A program made the translations under genes and the position numbers. A DNA stretch of 64,000 nt. Origin: Myxococcota bacterium (GTDB lineage: Bacteria; Myxococcota_A; Polyangia; Polyangiales; Houyiibacteriaceae). Positions within the stretch are counted from its first letter, which is position 1, and every line of letters starts with the position of its first letter. Where the stretch lies: NCBI GenBank assembly GCA_028284955.1, contig JANQQS010000102.1, forward strand, positions 76,275 to 140,274, in the 5' to 3' direction. Positions 9,895 through 19,763 of the stretch are shown piece by piece. Below the pieces are notes generated by a model. The model did no database searches. It saw only the letters and a program-made list of their open reading frames with translations, and was not told the DNA's origin.

Positions 9895-11553
9895 ATGATG
9901 AAGGTCTGCCCGATCTGCAAAGCGGAGTACGACAGGGGCGAGGTATTTTGCCCGGTCGATGCCGCACGTTTGATCACGCCGTCACAAATGGCGGCGCCGA
10001 TGTCTGCTGCGACCCGTGATCCGATGGTGGGCCTCGAGCTCGCAGGTCGATACCGCATTTTGCGACGCATCGGCGAAGGCGGGATGGGGCTCGTGTACGA
10101 AGCGGAGCACGCCGTAATTGAGAAGCGCGTGGCCATCAAAGTGTTGCGCGAGGATTTTTCAAAGAAACCTGAGGTTGTCGAACGGTTTCGCCAGGAAGCG
10201 AAGAGCGCTTCGCGCATCGGCCACGAAAACATCATCGATATCTCGGATTTCGGGGAAACTCCGCAGGGCCAGGGCTATTTCGTGATGGAGTTTCTACACG
10301 GACAAGATCTGGCCGATCTGCTTGCCAAAGAAGGCACGCTGCCGGCCGACCGCGCGGTGCATATTCTCTCGCAATGCTGCCGGGCGCTCGGAGCGGCGCA
10401 CGGCAAAGGAATCGTCCATCGCGACATCAAGCCCGAGAATGTGTTCCTAACGCAACGAGGAGACGATTCGGATTTCGTGAAGATCGTGGATTTCGGCATC
10501 GCGAAGATGAGCGACATCGAGACCGAGGGCGCACCTGGGCGAAAGCTGACCAAGACGGGAATGATTTTTGGCACGCCAGAGTACATGTCGCCCGAACAAG
10601 CCGCCGGTAAGGGGCTCGATCACCGCGTGGATGTGTACGCGCTCGGCGTGATTCTATTCGAATGTTTGACCGGAAGAGTGCCGTTCGTCGGCGACAGCTT
10701 CATGGGAATTCTCACCCAGCACATGTTTGAGGAGCCACCTCCCTTGCGGGAGATCAATCCGCGTGTTCGATGTACGGCGGAGCTCGAACACGTGTTGTTT
10801 CACGCACTTTCAAAAGACCCTGAAGCGCGGTATCAGTCGATGGCCGATTTCGGTTCGGCGATGGAGGCTGCGCTCGAAGGACGCACCACCGAGCCGACGC
10901 TGTACGGATTCGCCGAACCGGTCAAAGCGGTGGCGCAAGGGCCCAAGAAGGTCGAGCTAGGCGATCGTCCGGCGGACGATTTTCCGGCAAGTCGTCGCAA
11001 GCCGACGAAGACGTTGTGGGCAGCCGGCGCCGCGGCGGCGCTTCTTGCGGGTGGAGGCGTGGCCTGGGTGTTGTGGGGCGGAGAACGCGCAGACCAGGTC
11101 CGCGCGGATCAAACCATGGCCCAACAGGGAGACGTTGGCGGCGCAGACACGATTGCTCCGGAGCCAGTTGTCGACCCGTCCACGGACGTCGCGAAAGCTC
11201 CTGACACCGAGGCGGAGAAACAAGCGAACGCCGCCGCCAAAGAAGTCGTCGAGGTGACGGTGCAGACTCGTCCGCCCGGCGCTGAGGTTACCGTGGATGG
11301 CAAACCGGGCGGTTGTGGACCGACGCCGTGCACCATTGAGGCGCCACCGGGGGAGCATCTTGTGCTGCGGGCGCGGCGCGGAAAGAAAAGAGGGTCGACA
11401 GAGGTGACCCCGACGGGGGCCACGACGGTGCAGATTGCACTCGTGACCAAGCGCACGAGACCCACCAAAACGAGGCCAAGCCGTGATGTGGGGCGCACCC
11501 CGACCAAGCGGTCGCCTGGTGGCGATCTCAAGGTTCCGGATATTTTTCGGTAG
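9895..11553 (+). CDS. Ser/Thr protein kinase with N-terminal zinc ribbon, one TM helix and C-terminal PEGA domain
   Basis: The zinc ribbon is 'CPICKAEY..CPVD'. The Hanks motifs are 'GEGGMGLVYEA', 'VAIKVL', 'HRDIKPENV', 'DFGIAK' and 'GTPEYMSPEQ'. The TM helix is 'LWAAGAAAALLAGGGVAWVLW'. The PEGA-like segment is 'VQTRPPGAEVTVDGKPGG..PCTIEAPPGEHLV'. Confidence 0.92.
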   Translation: MMKVCPICKAEYDRGEVFCPVDAARLITPSQMAAPMSAATRDPMVGLELAGRYRILRRIGEGGMGLVYEAEHAVIEKRVAIKVLREDFSKKPEVVERFRQEAKSASRIGHENIIDISDFGETPQGQGYFVMEFLHGQDLADLLAKEGTLPADRAVHILSQCCRALGAAHGKGIVHRDIKPENVFLTQRGDDSDFVKIVDFGIAKMSDIETEGAPGRKLTKTGMIFGTPEYMSPEQAAGKGLDHRVDVYALGVILFECLTGRVPFVGDSFMGILTQHMFEEPPPLREINPRVRCTAELEHVLFHALSKDPEARYQSMADFGSAMEAALEGRTTEPTLYGFAEPVKAVAQGPKKVELGDRPADDFPASRRKPTKTLWAAGAAAALLAGGGVAWVLWGGERADQVRADQTMAQQGDVGGADTIAPEPVVDPSTDVAKAPDTEAEKQANAAAKEVVEVTVQTRPPGAEVTVDGKPGGCGPTPCTIEAPPGEHLVLRARRGKKRGSTEVTPTGATTVQIALVTKRTRPTKTRPSRDVGRTPTKRSPGGDLKVPDIFR

Positions 11554-11555
11554 GT

Positions 11556-13931
11556 GTGACCCCATTGGCGGACGAAAAATGTCTTCGTGACTTGGAATGG
11601 TCGCGAATCGTAGACGCAGTCTGGGCGCGGCGGACAGGTCCGATCCCAGACGGTGATTCGCTGCCGCTGGCTCAAACCGCATCAGAATCGAACGTGCTTC
11701 TCGAAGAGACTCGAGAAGCGATGAGCGTGCTTGCCGCCGGGGAACATATTCCCATCGACGGCAGCCAACACGTGCGCCCCTTACTGGACCGAGTTGAACG
11801 AGGTGGCGCGCTCACCGGCGCGGAGCTTCGCGACATTCGAAAAACTCTCGACGCCGCACGAGCGTTGCGGCGTTTCGTGGGTCAGCGGAAGGCGGCACTG
11901 CCGAATCTCCACCGATCGGGAATGTCCGATCCCTCCCTCGATGTGCTGCGCGACGAAATCGCAGCGTCGATCGATCCGGATGGCACAATTTCTGATCGAG
12001 CCTCGCCGGAGATTCGGCGATTGCGTACCGAGAGCGCCAACCTGCGGTCGCGCGTCGTGGCCAAACTCGAAGAGTTGATCCACAAAAAGCGCGATCTTCT
12101 AAGCGATGGCTACCACACGATTCGTCAGGGGCGATATGTCATCCCGCTACGACGTGACGCGCACGAGAGAATCGAAGGCATCGTTCACGCGACGAGCGCC
12201 AGCGGCGGGACAGTCTTTGTCGAGCCGCGAGCGTTAATCGCGGCGGGCAACCGGTTGAAGATGGCTCAGGCCGAGCTCGAAGCCGAGGAACTCCGGATCA
12301 CTCAAGCCCTTACCGCGGCGATCGAGGAGCGGCTACCCGAGCTGCGAGATATGGTGTGCGCGGTCGAGCATGTCGACGTGCGCCAGGCCTGCGCGCGATT
12401 GGGCATCGATCTTGAAGCGAACGTTCTCGACCTGTCTGAAACACCCGATCTGCAACTTCGTCGCGCGCGGCACCCTATCTTGGTTCTCGATGGCGATGAC
12501 GTGGTCCCCGCGGATCTTACGCTCTCTGCGGGGCACGGTTTGGTGATTTCGGGGCCCAACGCGGGGGGCAAGACGGTTGCCCTAAAAACCATGGGCTTGG
12601 TGGCGTTGATGATGCGAGCGGGGCTTCCTGTTCCGGCGGATGAAGGAAGCGCCTGTGGGTTTTTCGAACACGTGCTCACCGACGTTGGCGACGAACAATC
12701 GCTCTCGCACAGCCTGTCGACCTTCTCGGCGCAGATCACGAACATCAACTCGATTCTAGAGGTTGCTTCGCGCGGGACATTGGTCTTGCTCGACGAATTG
12801 ATCAGTGGAACCGATCCCCACGAAGGTGCGGCGCTCGCGTGCGCGATCGTGGATGCGCTGTGCTCTCGAGGCGCGGCGGTTGCCGTGACCACCCATTACG
12901 AGCCGCTCAAAATCGCAGCCGCGAGCGACCCTCGTCTCGAAAACGCAGCGGTCGGGTTTGATTTTGAGCAGATGGCGCCGACGTTCGAGTTCGTGATGGG
13001 GATTCCGGGCGTTTCGAGCGCCCACCGCATTGCGCAGCGTTTCGGAATGTCGGAACACATCGTTCAAGCCGCAGCCGCGCGGGTCCCGCGGGAAACACGG
13101 GCCGTGGATGCAATGATCGCGGCCCTCGAAGAGCAGAGAAAACGCTGGGAAGCGTCGGAGCAGGCGAATCGCCAAGCGCTTGCTTCGCTCGAGCAGGAGC
13201 GGGCCGAGGTCGAACGGTTGCGCGCCGAAGGCCAAGCGCGCTTTGCACGAGAGGTGCGCAAGGAAGAAGAATCGCTGCGTGACGTGCTTCGCGCGGCGCG
13301 CCGCGAGCTGGAGGATGCGCGGAAAAAACTTCGACGTGACGTTTCTGAGAACGCCGCGCATGCGCTGCGGGAACAGATTGAACGTTCCGCCGAGCGCCGC
13401 AATCAAGCAGAGCAGGCGTTGTCGACGGATGAATCGCCGTCTCGAAAGCCGCTCAGCGCTCCGCCGGAGATTGGATCATGGGTGTGGGTTTCGCGGTTGC
13501 GTTCTCGAGCTCAGGTGCTCGCCATCGACAGCGACGATCGCGTACGGGTGGCGGCTGGGGCGATGAAACTCTGGGTCGGCGCGGGCGAGCTGCAGTCCAC
13601 CGAGCCACCGGCGTCCGGACGAGAACCTACGTCGCCGAAGGTCGCATCCCCACGCGCGACACGATCGGTCGAGCAGCCGATATGCGACGACAATCGACTC
13701 GACGTGCGCGGGTTGAGCGTGGACGACGCGGTGGCTATGGCAACTTCGTTTCTGGATCGGCTCTATGGCGCTTCCGTGACTACGGGATACATTGTGCATG
13801 GCGTGGGCAGTGGCTCGCTTCGGTCCGCGCTGCATGCACATCTCAAGCGCGAGGCCCACTACGTCGCAGGATTTCGTTCGGGCACGTTGGAGGAAGGCGG
13901 CGAACGCCTGACCGTGGTGTCTCTCAAGTAG
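11556..13931 (+). CDS. mutS2: Endonuclease MutS2 (MutS ATPase domain plus C-terminal Smr domain)
   Basis: The Walker A motif is 'ISGPNAGGKTVALKTMGL'. 'LVLLDELISGTDPHEG' is present. The C-terminal Smr domain is 'LDVRGLSVDDAVAMATSFLDR...IVHGVGSGSLRSALHAHL'. Confidence 0.92.
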   Translation: MTPLADEKCLRDLEWSRIVDAVWARRTGPIPDGDSLPLAQTASESNVLLEETREAMSVLAAGEHIPIDGSQHVRPLLDRVERGGALTGAELRDIRKTLDAARALRRFVGQRKAALPNLHRSGMSDPSLDVLRDEIAASIDPDGTISDRASPEIRRLRTESANLRSRVVAKLEELIHKKRDLLSDGYHTIRQGRYVIPLRRDAHERIEGIVHATSASGGTVFVEPRALIAAGNRLKMAQAELEAEELRITQALTAAIEERLPELRDMVCAVEHVDVRQACARLGIDLEANVLDLSETPDLQLRRARHPILVLDGDDVVPADLTLSAGHGLVISGPNAGGKTVALKTMGLVALMMRAGLPVPADEGSACGFFEHVLTDVGDEQSLSHSLSTFSAQITNINSILEVASRGTLVLLDELISGTDPHEGAALACAIVDALCSRGAAVAVTTHYEPLKIAAASDPRLENAAVGFDFEQMAPTFEFVMGIPGVSSAHRIAQRFGMSEHIVQAAAARVPRETRAVDAMIAALEEQRKRWEASEQANRQALASLEQERAEVERLRAEGQARFAREVRKEEESLRDVLRAARRELEDARKKLRRDVSENAAHALREQIERSAERRNQAEQALSTDESPSRKPLSAPPEIGSWVWVSRLRSRAQVLAIDSDDRVRVAAGAMKLWVGAGELQSTEPPASGREPTSPKVASPRATRSVEQPICDDNRLDVRGLSVDDAVAMATSFLDRLYGASVTTGYIVHGVGSGSLRSALHAHLKREAHYVAGFRSGTLEEGGERLTVVSLK

Positions 13932-13943
13932 CCGCACCCATGG

Positions 13944-14009
13944 AGCGGCAATGTTCGGCGATTTGAGCAGCAATGTTCGGTGATTTGAGCGGCAATGTTC
14001 GGTGATGTT
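13944..14009. repeat. Three tandem copies of a 22-bp unit (AGCGGCAATGTTCGGCGATTTG and variants) between mutS2 and sppA
   Basis: Read directly: agcggcaatgttcggcgatttg / agcagcaatgttcggtgatttg / agcggcaatgttcggtgatg. Located 13 nt after the mutS2 stop and about 55 nt before the sppA ATG. Confidence 0.85.
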
Positions 14010-14062
14010 CGACGCGCGATTTTTTGGTCCGCGATACGTAGATCCGGGCTAGCCTACGCGAG

Positions 14063-16579
14063 ATGAACACCGCCACTGCGTCCCGCAATCGAAGCCGAAA
14101 CCTCTGCCCTAGTCGCATCCTGGGGGCTCTTTGTTGTCTGACTGCGTTCGCGTCAGGGTTGGGCGTATCACCAGCGTTCGCACAGTTTCGTCGGCTCACC
14201 AGCCCCGTCACGGTTCCTCCGACGTCGCTTGTTGATCCGGGGGGTGCGCTCGCCACCGACCTCAACCCCGCGGCGTTGCCATTCACCAACTCCTGGGATG
14301 TGCTCTATGTCCACGCCGACGCGACGGGGGGGGCGCTCATCGAACGTGGCGACGCTGTCCACATGGGGATCGCGCTGCCGCTCGGGCTAGGTGCGGGCCT
14401 TTCGGGGCAAGTATTGCGGCCAACTGACGATACGGGACTTGGTCGGCGGGGTCGATTGTCTCTCGGCGCCGCCTGGTCGGCCGGCCCGACGTCGGGCTGG
14501 GGAGCGGCGATTCGATATCAAGGCTCAGACGACAACAATGCCGACGACATCACCACCTTCGATTTGGCATGGACATGGCGACCGGATCCTCGGCTCGGAT
14601 TTGCGTTCGTGGGTCACGACTTGTTTGGCCCGCTGCGGCTCACTCCGTCGGCCGTGCGCTTGCCGGCGACGTTTGTGTGGGCGACGGCGTTTCGACCGTT
14701 TGGCCACGACGCGATGACGCTCGAAGCGGCTGCGGCGGTGAACAGCGAGCGTGACGTTGCAGTGCGAGGGCTCGTGGCAGTCGGCATTCCGAGTTTCGGA
14801 CAAGCGTCGGTCGTCGTGGAGGCCGACGATCTCAGCGACCAGCGCCTGGTGCGGGTGCTTGGCGGGGTCACCGCGACATGGGGCGGCCTTAGTGCAAGCG
14901 GCGGGGTGTTTGGGGGCGACGGCTTGGAGGACGAGCTCGGCTGGTACGTCGCGGGCCGATTGACCGGTGGCGTGCGCGACGATGGTCTCCCGCTTCGATC
15001 CTACGTGGAGGAGGTCGACATCGAAGGCAGCCTTGGCGCCCGCGGTGTGGTCACCCTGGTGACGAAGCTCGACCGAGCGCTTCACGACAAGCGCGTGGCC
15101 GGCGTACTGCTTCGGGTACGATCATCGGGGCTCGGGATGGCCTACGCGCAGGAGTTGCGACTGATGATTCACGCGCTCGAGCGCGCGGGAAAAAAAGTCG
15201 TTTGCCACCTCGATTCGGCGACCGGAACGCAATGGTACGCGTGCGCTGCAGCATCGCGCACGCTCATCGATCCAGCCGGAGTGGTCCGGCTGACCGGGCC
15301 GTCCATCGACGTCATCTTGCTTGGTGGCTTGCTAAAACGGGCTGGCGTGCGCGCAGACTTCGTGCGTATCGGAAAGTACAAAAGCGCGCCGGAACAGCTA
15401 ACCAACCAGCGCATGAGCGAACCCGCTCGGGAGCAACGTGAAGCACTGCTCTCTGATGTATACGGACGCTTCGTGACGGATCTTGCCCGGGATATGGAGC
15501 GCTCTCCCGAGCGAGTGCGCGCGTTGGTCAACGAGGGGCCCTATCTCGCCGAAGAGGCGATTGCGGCTCGAATGGTCGCCGAAGCGGCAGACGAGCATGA
15601 TTTCGATGACGCTTTGGCGGGCGCGTTCGGGCGTCGGTACGCTCGGGCCAAAACCTCCGCCCACGAAGCGTCGAAGAACTTTGGCGTTGCGCGCCGGGTA
15701 GGGGTGGTGATGGTCGACGGGACGATCGTGGACGGCGAGAACGTCGACATTCCGATTGTGGAGATTCACCAAAGCGGCGCGCAAACGGTCATTTCTGCGA
15801 TCGAACGCTTGGCGGCAGACCGTAGCGTGCGCGCCATTGTTCTTCGTGTGGATAGCCCGGGCGGGTCGGCGCTGGCTTCGGACCAGATCTGGCGCGCGGT
15901 ACGCCGGGCGCGCGAGAAGAAGCCCGTGATTGCGTCGCTCGGTAACGTGGCCGCGAGCGGTGGGTACTATATTGCCTCCGCAGCGAGCGAAATCTGGGCC
16001 GACCCTGCGACGTTGACCGGATCGATCGGCGTGTTCTTCGGCAAAATCGATGTACAGGAGCTTGTTGAACGCTACGGCGTGCATGTGGAGCAGCTTCGCC
16101 GTGGCGCGAGGGCCGGCGCGGAGTCGCTGTTCCGACCGTTTAGCGATGACGAACGCGCGGTGCTCGCCGAAAAAATCAGAAAATCCTACCGTCTCTTCCT
16201 CTCGCGTGTTGCCGAGGGGCGCAGCCTCGAGGTCGAGCAAGTCGATGCGCTGGGTCAGGGCCGCATCTGGTCCGGGGACGCGGCCAAAGAAAAGGGGCTC
16301 GTCGATCGTTTGGGTGGGTTTGGCGCAGTATTGGCCCGCGCTCGGCAGTTGGGCGGCCTGCCCCCCGACGCGACCACCGTTGTACGCCCGGAGCGGCCAT
16401 CGAGCCTTCTCGACTATCTGACGGCAGGGCTAGGAACGGAAGGTCGTGCGAGCGCGCGTGCACTCAAGGAGGTCGTGTTGTCTCCGGCCGTGCGGGACGC
16501 CCTTCAGACCGTCTGGGCGATGAAGTCGACCCGGAGCGGCACACTCGCGCTCATGCCCGACGTCGTCCGCGTTCGTTAG
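14063..16579 (+). CDS. sppA: Signal peptide peptidase SppA (tandem S49 domains, 67K type) with a ~290-aa extra N-terminal domain
   Basis: There are two ClpP/S49-like halves. The second carries 'VASLGNVAASGGYYIASAASEIWADPATLTGSIGV', which includes the catalytic Ser region. N-terminal signal-like 'ILGALCCLTAFASGLGVSPAFAQ'. Confidence 0.88.
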   Translation: MNTATASRNRSRNLCPSRILGALCCLTAFASGLGVSPAFAQFRRLTSPVTVPPTSLVDPGGALATDLNPAALPFTNSWDVLYVHADATGGALIERGDAVHMGIALPLGLGAGLSGQVLRPTDDTGLGRRGRLSLGAAWSAGPTSGWGAAIRYQGSDDNNADDITTFDLAWTWRPDPRLGFAFVGHDLFGPLRLTPSAVRLPATFVWATAFRPFGHDAMTLEAAAAVNSERDVAVRGLVAVGIPSFGQASVVVEADDLSDQRLVRVLGGVTATWGGLSASGGVFGGDGLEDELGWYVAGRLTGGVRDDGLPLRSYVEEVDIEGSLGARGVVTLVTKLDRALHDKRVAGVLLRVRSSGLGMAYAQELRLMIHALERAGKKVVCHLDSATGTQWYACAAASRTLIDPAGVVRLTGPSIDVILLGGLLKRAGVRADFVRIGKYKSAPEQLTNQRMSEPAREQREALLSDVYGRFVTDLARDMERSPERVRALVNEGPYLAEEAIAARMVAEAADEHDFDDALAGAFGRRYARAKTSAHEASKNFGVARRVGVVMVDGTIVDGENVDIPIVEIHQSGAQTVISAIERLAADRSVRAIVLRVDSPGGSALASDQIWRAVRRAREKKPVIASLGNVAASGGYYIASAASEIWADPATLTGSIGVFFGKIDVQELVERYGVHVEQLRRGARAGAESLFRPFSDDERAVLAEKIRKSYRLFLSRVAEGRSLEVEQVDALGQGRIWSGDAAKEKGLVDRLGGFGAVLARARQLGGLPPDATTVVRPERPSSLLDYLTAGLGTEGRASARALKEVVLSPAVRDALQTVWAMKSTRSGTLALMPDVVRVR

Positions 16580-17193
16580 CGCGCTCCCTTTGTCGGAAAC
16601 TCAAGTGTCCGAAACTCAAGCGTGTTGCCCGACGGATCTTGAACACGCACCAGCCTCTGCGAACGCTCGTTAGAGCCTGTCCCCCGGGTCGATACGGGTT
16701 CGTTTTGATCTTGGGGAGACGCATCGATATGCGCGAGTTGTCGCTCGACACGCCGGAAATCTGTTTCCGTCAGCGTGGCGCCGTAGACACCGCGGGTAGG
16801 GGGATGGACGGGGTCGGCCGGCAGCACGACCCAATCATGGCCGAAAAAATCGTACGAGAAGGAGCCGTCCTCGGCCTGTTTCGCGCCCTCTAGCGCCGCG
16901 CAACCGAGCCGTGTCCCGTAGAATTCCCGCATCCGCGGCACATCGCGGGTCCGAACAACCACGCGCAAACGTGCCGGCCCTGATTCGTCGTCCACGTCGC
17001 CAGAGCGAGCTTCTCGATGAGAGAGAGAGATCCGCAGCTTGAGGACGACGAATACCAAAAACAGGGCGAGCGCGACCAGCATCGCCCAGGACGCCGTATC
17101 GTGAATCATAAGCGACTCTCCAAAAAAGTACTCCGAACGCGGGGGGGGTGCGATTGTCGGGTGCGGCGGAAGGTTACGCGTTTTGGGCATCAT
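16576..17193 (-). CDS. Membrane-anchored VOC (glyoxalase/bleomycin-resistance fold)-like protein
   Basis: The TM helix is 'WAMLVALALFLVFVVL'. 'LRVVVRTRDVPRMREFYGTRLG..FFGHDWVVL..LVRVQDPSGNTLEF' has the VOC beta-alpha-beta pattern. The start is uncertain: the ORF opens at 17232, ATGATG lies at 17193, and another ATG at 17109. Confidence 0.5.
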   Translation of the reverse strand: MMPKTRNLPPHPTIAPPPRSEYFFGESLMIHDTASWAMLVALALFLVFVVLKLRISLSHREARSGDVDDESGPARLRVVVRTRDVPRMREFYGTRLGCAALEGAKQAEDGSFSYDFFGHDWVVLPADPVHPPTRGVYGATLTETDFRRVERQLAHIDASPQDQNEPVSTRGTGSNERSQRLVRVQDPSGNTLEFRTLEFPTKGAR

Positions 17194-17246
17194 AGACTCT
17201 TTTTTGTTCGCGCTCGACCCGTAAGCGATCACAATGCAGCGTGGTC

Positions 17247-17738
17247 ATGAGCTTCAAGGCGATTGTTACGTTGTGCGCGTACGTGATCTCGGCGAGCGGG
17301 GTCGTTGCATGTTCAGAATCTCGAACGAAGAGCGCAGCAAACGAAACGCCTGCGGAGCGTGATCCGTCTACGAACCAGCCCTTGCCGAAGCAGGTACACG
17401 CGATTGCGGCACGTCGTCAGGAGCCTCTCAAACAGGAACAAGCATTTTCGGGGCGACTTGCGCGCGACGGATCGTCTCAGCATTCGATCGTCCTCACGGG
17501 AACACGTTGCTACGTCGTCATTGCCGCGACCAACAACCCGGGAGTCGATCTCGAACTAAGCCTCATCGACCCGCAGGGCGTTCCGCTGGTGGTGGACCAA
17601 ACGTCATCGCGTATCGCGCGCCTCGGGTTTCGGCAGCCCATCTGCCCTCTCCAGCCGGCGATGCATCGTCTTGACGTCCGCATGCGAGGGGGGGAAGGGC
17701 GATTTTTCGCGCAGGTATACTCGGCATCGAGCCTATGA
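17247..17738 (+). CDS. Hypothetical lipoprotein
   Basis: Signal peptide with lipobox-like 'ISASGVVAC'. The stop overlaps the start of the next gene (ATGA at 17735-17738). No recognisable domain. Confidence 0.55.
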   Translation: MSFKAIVTLCAYVISASGVVACSESRTKSAANETPAERDPSTNQPLPKQVHAIAARRQEPLKQEQAFSGRLARDGSSQHSIVLTGTRCYVVIAATNNPGVDLELSLIDPQGVPLVVDQTSSRIARLGFRQPICPLQPAMHRLDVRMRGGEGRFFAQVYSASSL

Positions 17739-19762
17739 CCGCTGATTCGGAGGACCGCGCGCCACATTGGATGCCTTCGGCGGAGCGCGCCTCGTCCAGC
17801 CAAATGTATCGGTTCATGACGCACGTAAACCAAGCAGAGGGAACCTCCTTCGAGGACTACTCCACGCTGCATCGGTGGTCGGTCGAGAACAAAGAGAAGT
17901 TTTGGGCCGCGGTGTGGCAGTTCGCCGACGTGTGCGCCTATCGAGAATGCGACCGCGTGCTGGACGAAGCGTCTCACATGATCGATGCGCGTTGGTTTGT
18001 GGGCGCAGAGCTCAACTTTGCCGAACATCTGCTTCGAGGATCCCCTGAGCGGCTCGCTATCGTGTTCCGCAACGAAGTCGGCCATCGTGAGACGCTTACC
18101 TACCGCGAACTTCGCCACGAGGTCGGGCGGGTGGCGGCGGGCTTGCGCGCCGAAGGGGTGGGCGTCGGCGATCGGGTGGTGGGTTTTATGCCCAATCGCC
18201 CCGAAACTGTGGTGGCGATGCTCGCGGCGACGAGCATTGGCGCGATTTGGTCGTCTTGCTCCCCCGATTTCGGTGTGCCCGCGGTGGTCGACCGGTTCGG
18301 ACAGGTCGAGCCCAAAGTGATGTTTTGCTCCGATTGGGCGCTGTACGGCGGCAAGAAGTTCCCGCAGGATGGGTCGATCAATGCGCTGACGGAGCAGCTA
18401 CCTTCGCTTTCTCGAGTGGTGATTGTTCCGTACCGTATGGGACCGAGCGGCAGCGAATCGAGCCATGGTCAATCGAGCCATGGTCAATCGATTGGGCCGC
18501 AACGTGCGGCCGAGCTGCGCGTGGATTACGCCGATTTTGGCGCGCCGAGCGCTTCGCTTCGCTTCGCGCCACTCCCCTTTGATCAGCCGGTCTATATTTT
18601 ATATTCCTCGGGGACGACGGGGGCGCCCAAGGGCATCATTCATGGAGCGGGCGGCACGCTGCTCCAACACCAAAAAGAGCTCCGTCTTCATGTCGACCTG
18701 AGGCCGGAAGAAACTCTGTTCTACTACACCACGTGCGGTTGGATGATGTGGAACTGGCTCGTCAGCGCGCTGGGAACGGGAAGCACAATCTTGCTCTACG
18801 ACGGGTCTCCGACGTACCCCGACGCGGCCGCGTTGTGGCGAATTGCGAGCGAAGAATCTGTGCATGTATTCGGTACGAGCGCCAAATACCTCGCGTCGAT
18901 CGAAAAAGCGGGCGTGGCCCCGTCACAAGTCGCATCCCTCGACGTGCTTCGTGCTCTGCTCTCGACCGGATCGCCACTGGCGGCGCGCAGCTACGATTTC
19001 GTGAGAAAAGCGATCGGGCGGGATGTGCAGCTTTGCTCGATTTCGGGCGGAACCGATATCGTTTCATGCTTCGCGCTCGGCAACCCTCTGCTTCCAGTGT
19101 TTCGCGGGGAACTTCAGTGCATCGGCTTGGGGATGGACGTGCATGTATTCGACGAACACGGGCGGCCGACGGTGGGAAAGAAGGGTGAACTCGTGTGTAC
19201 CGGTCCGTTTCCATCTATGCCGGTGGGGTTTTGGAACGACCCGGATCGCTCACGATACCGCGCAGCCTATTATGAGCGCTTTGACGGCGTGTGGTGTCAT
19301 GGTGACTATGCGGAAATCACTCCGCGCGGCGGAATGGTGATCTACGGTCGTTCCGATGCGGTGCTTAATCCAGGAGGAGTGCGTATTGGAACCGCCGAAA
19401 TCTATCGACAGGTGGATTCGTTCGACGAGGTGCTGGAGAGCGTGGCCATCGGGCAAGAGCGGCACGATGACGTACGGGTGGTGCTCTTTGTGAAACTCCG
19501 AAACGGATGCTCGCTCGACGAGCATCTTCGGGACATGATTCGGCAGAGTATTCGAGACGGAGCGAGCCCCCGGCACGTTCCCGCGGTGATATTGAGCGTG
19601 CCGGACATCCCCCGGACCCTCAGCGGCAAAATCAGCGAAGTGGCGGTGCGCGAGGTCGTTCACGGTCGCGCGCCGCGTAATCGTGGTTCGCTCGCCAATC
19701 CGGAATCGCTTCGCCATTTCGAGTGCCGCGCCGAACTACAGTCCGATTCGGCGGGGGGATGA
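17735..19762 (+). CDS. Acetoacetyl-CoA synthetase (acetoacetate-CoA ligase)
   Basis: The N-terminus 'MYRFMTHVNQ...YSTLHRWSVENKEKFWAAVWQF' is typical of AACS. The AMP-binding motifs are 'ILYSSGTTGAPKGI' and 'TLSGKISE'. Confidence 0.9.
   Translation: MTADSEDRAPHWMPSAERASSSQMYRFMTHVNQAEGTSFEDYSTLHRWSVENKEKFWAAVWQFADVCAYRECDRVLDEASHMIDARWFVGAELNFAEHLLRGSPERLAIVFRNEVGHRETLTYRELRHEVGRVAAGLRAEGVGVGDRVVGFMPNRPETVVAMLAATSIGAIWSSCSPDFGVPAVVDRFGQVEPKVMFCSDWALYGGKKFPQDGSINALTEQLPSLSRVVIVPYRMGPSGSESSHGQSSHGQSIGPQRAAELRVDYADFGAPSASLRFAPLPFDQPVYILYSSGTTGAPKGIIHGAGGTLLQHQKELRLHVDLRPEETLFYYTTCGWMMWNWLVSALGTGSTILLYDGSPTYPDAAALWRIASEESVHVFGTSAKYLASIEKAGVAPSQVASLDVLRALLSTGSPLAARSYDFVRKAIGRDVQLCSISGGTDIVSCFALGNPLLPVFRGELQCIGLGMDVHVFDEHGRPTVGKKGELVCTGPFPSMPVGFWNDPDRSRYRAAYYERFDGVWCHGDYAEITPRGGMVIYGRSDAVLNPGGVRIGTAEIYRQVDSFDEVLESVAIGQERHDDVRVVLFVKLRNGCSLDEHLRDMIRQSIRDGASPRHVPAVILSVPDIPRTLSGKISEVAVREVVHGRAPRNRGSLANPESLRHFECRAELQSDSAGG
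18456..18493 (+). repeat. In-frame 15-bp tandem duplication (AATCGAGCCATGGTC x2.4) inside the acetoacetyl-CoA synthetase gene
   Basis: Read directly. It encodes 'ESSHGQSSHGQSIG'. Confidence 0.8.
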
Positions 19763-19763
19763 C

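Noticed and set aside
13944-14009. Whether any of the tandem repeat arrays (13944, 21091, 37660, 49045, 62341) is a CRISPR array.
   Set aside because: The units are 14-22 bp and directly abutting with no unique spacers, or are long diverged duplications. No cas genes are in the window.
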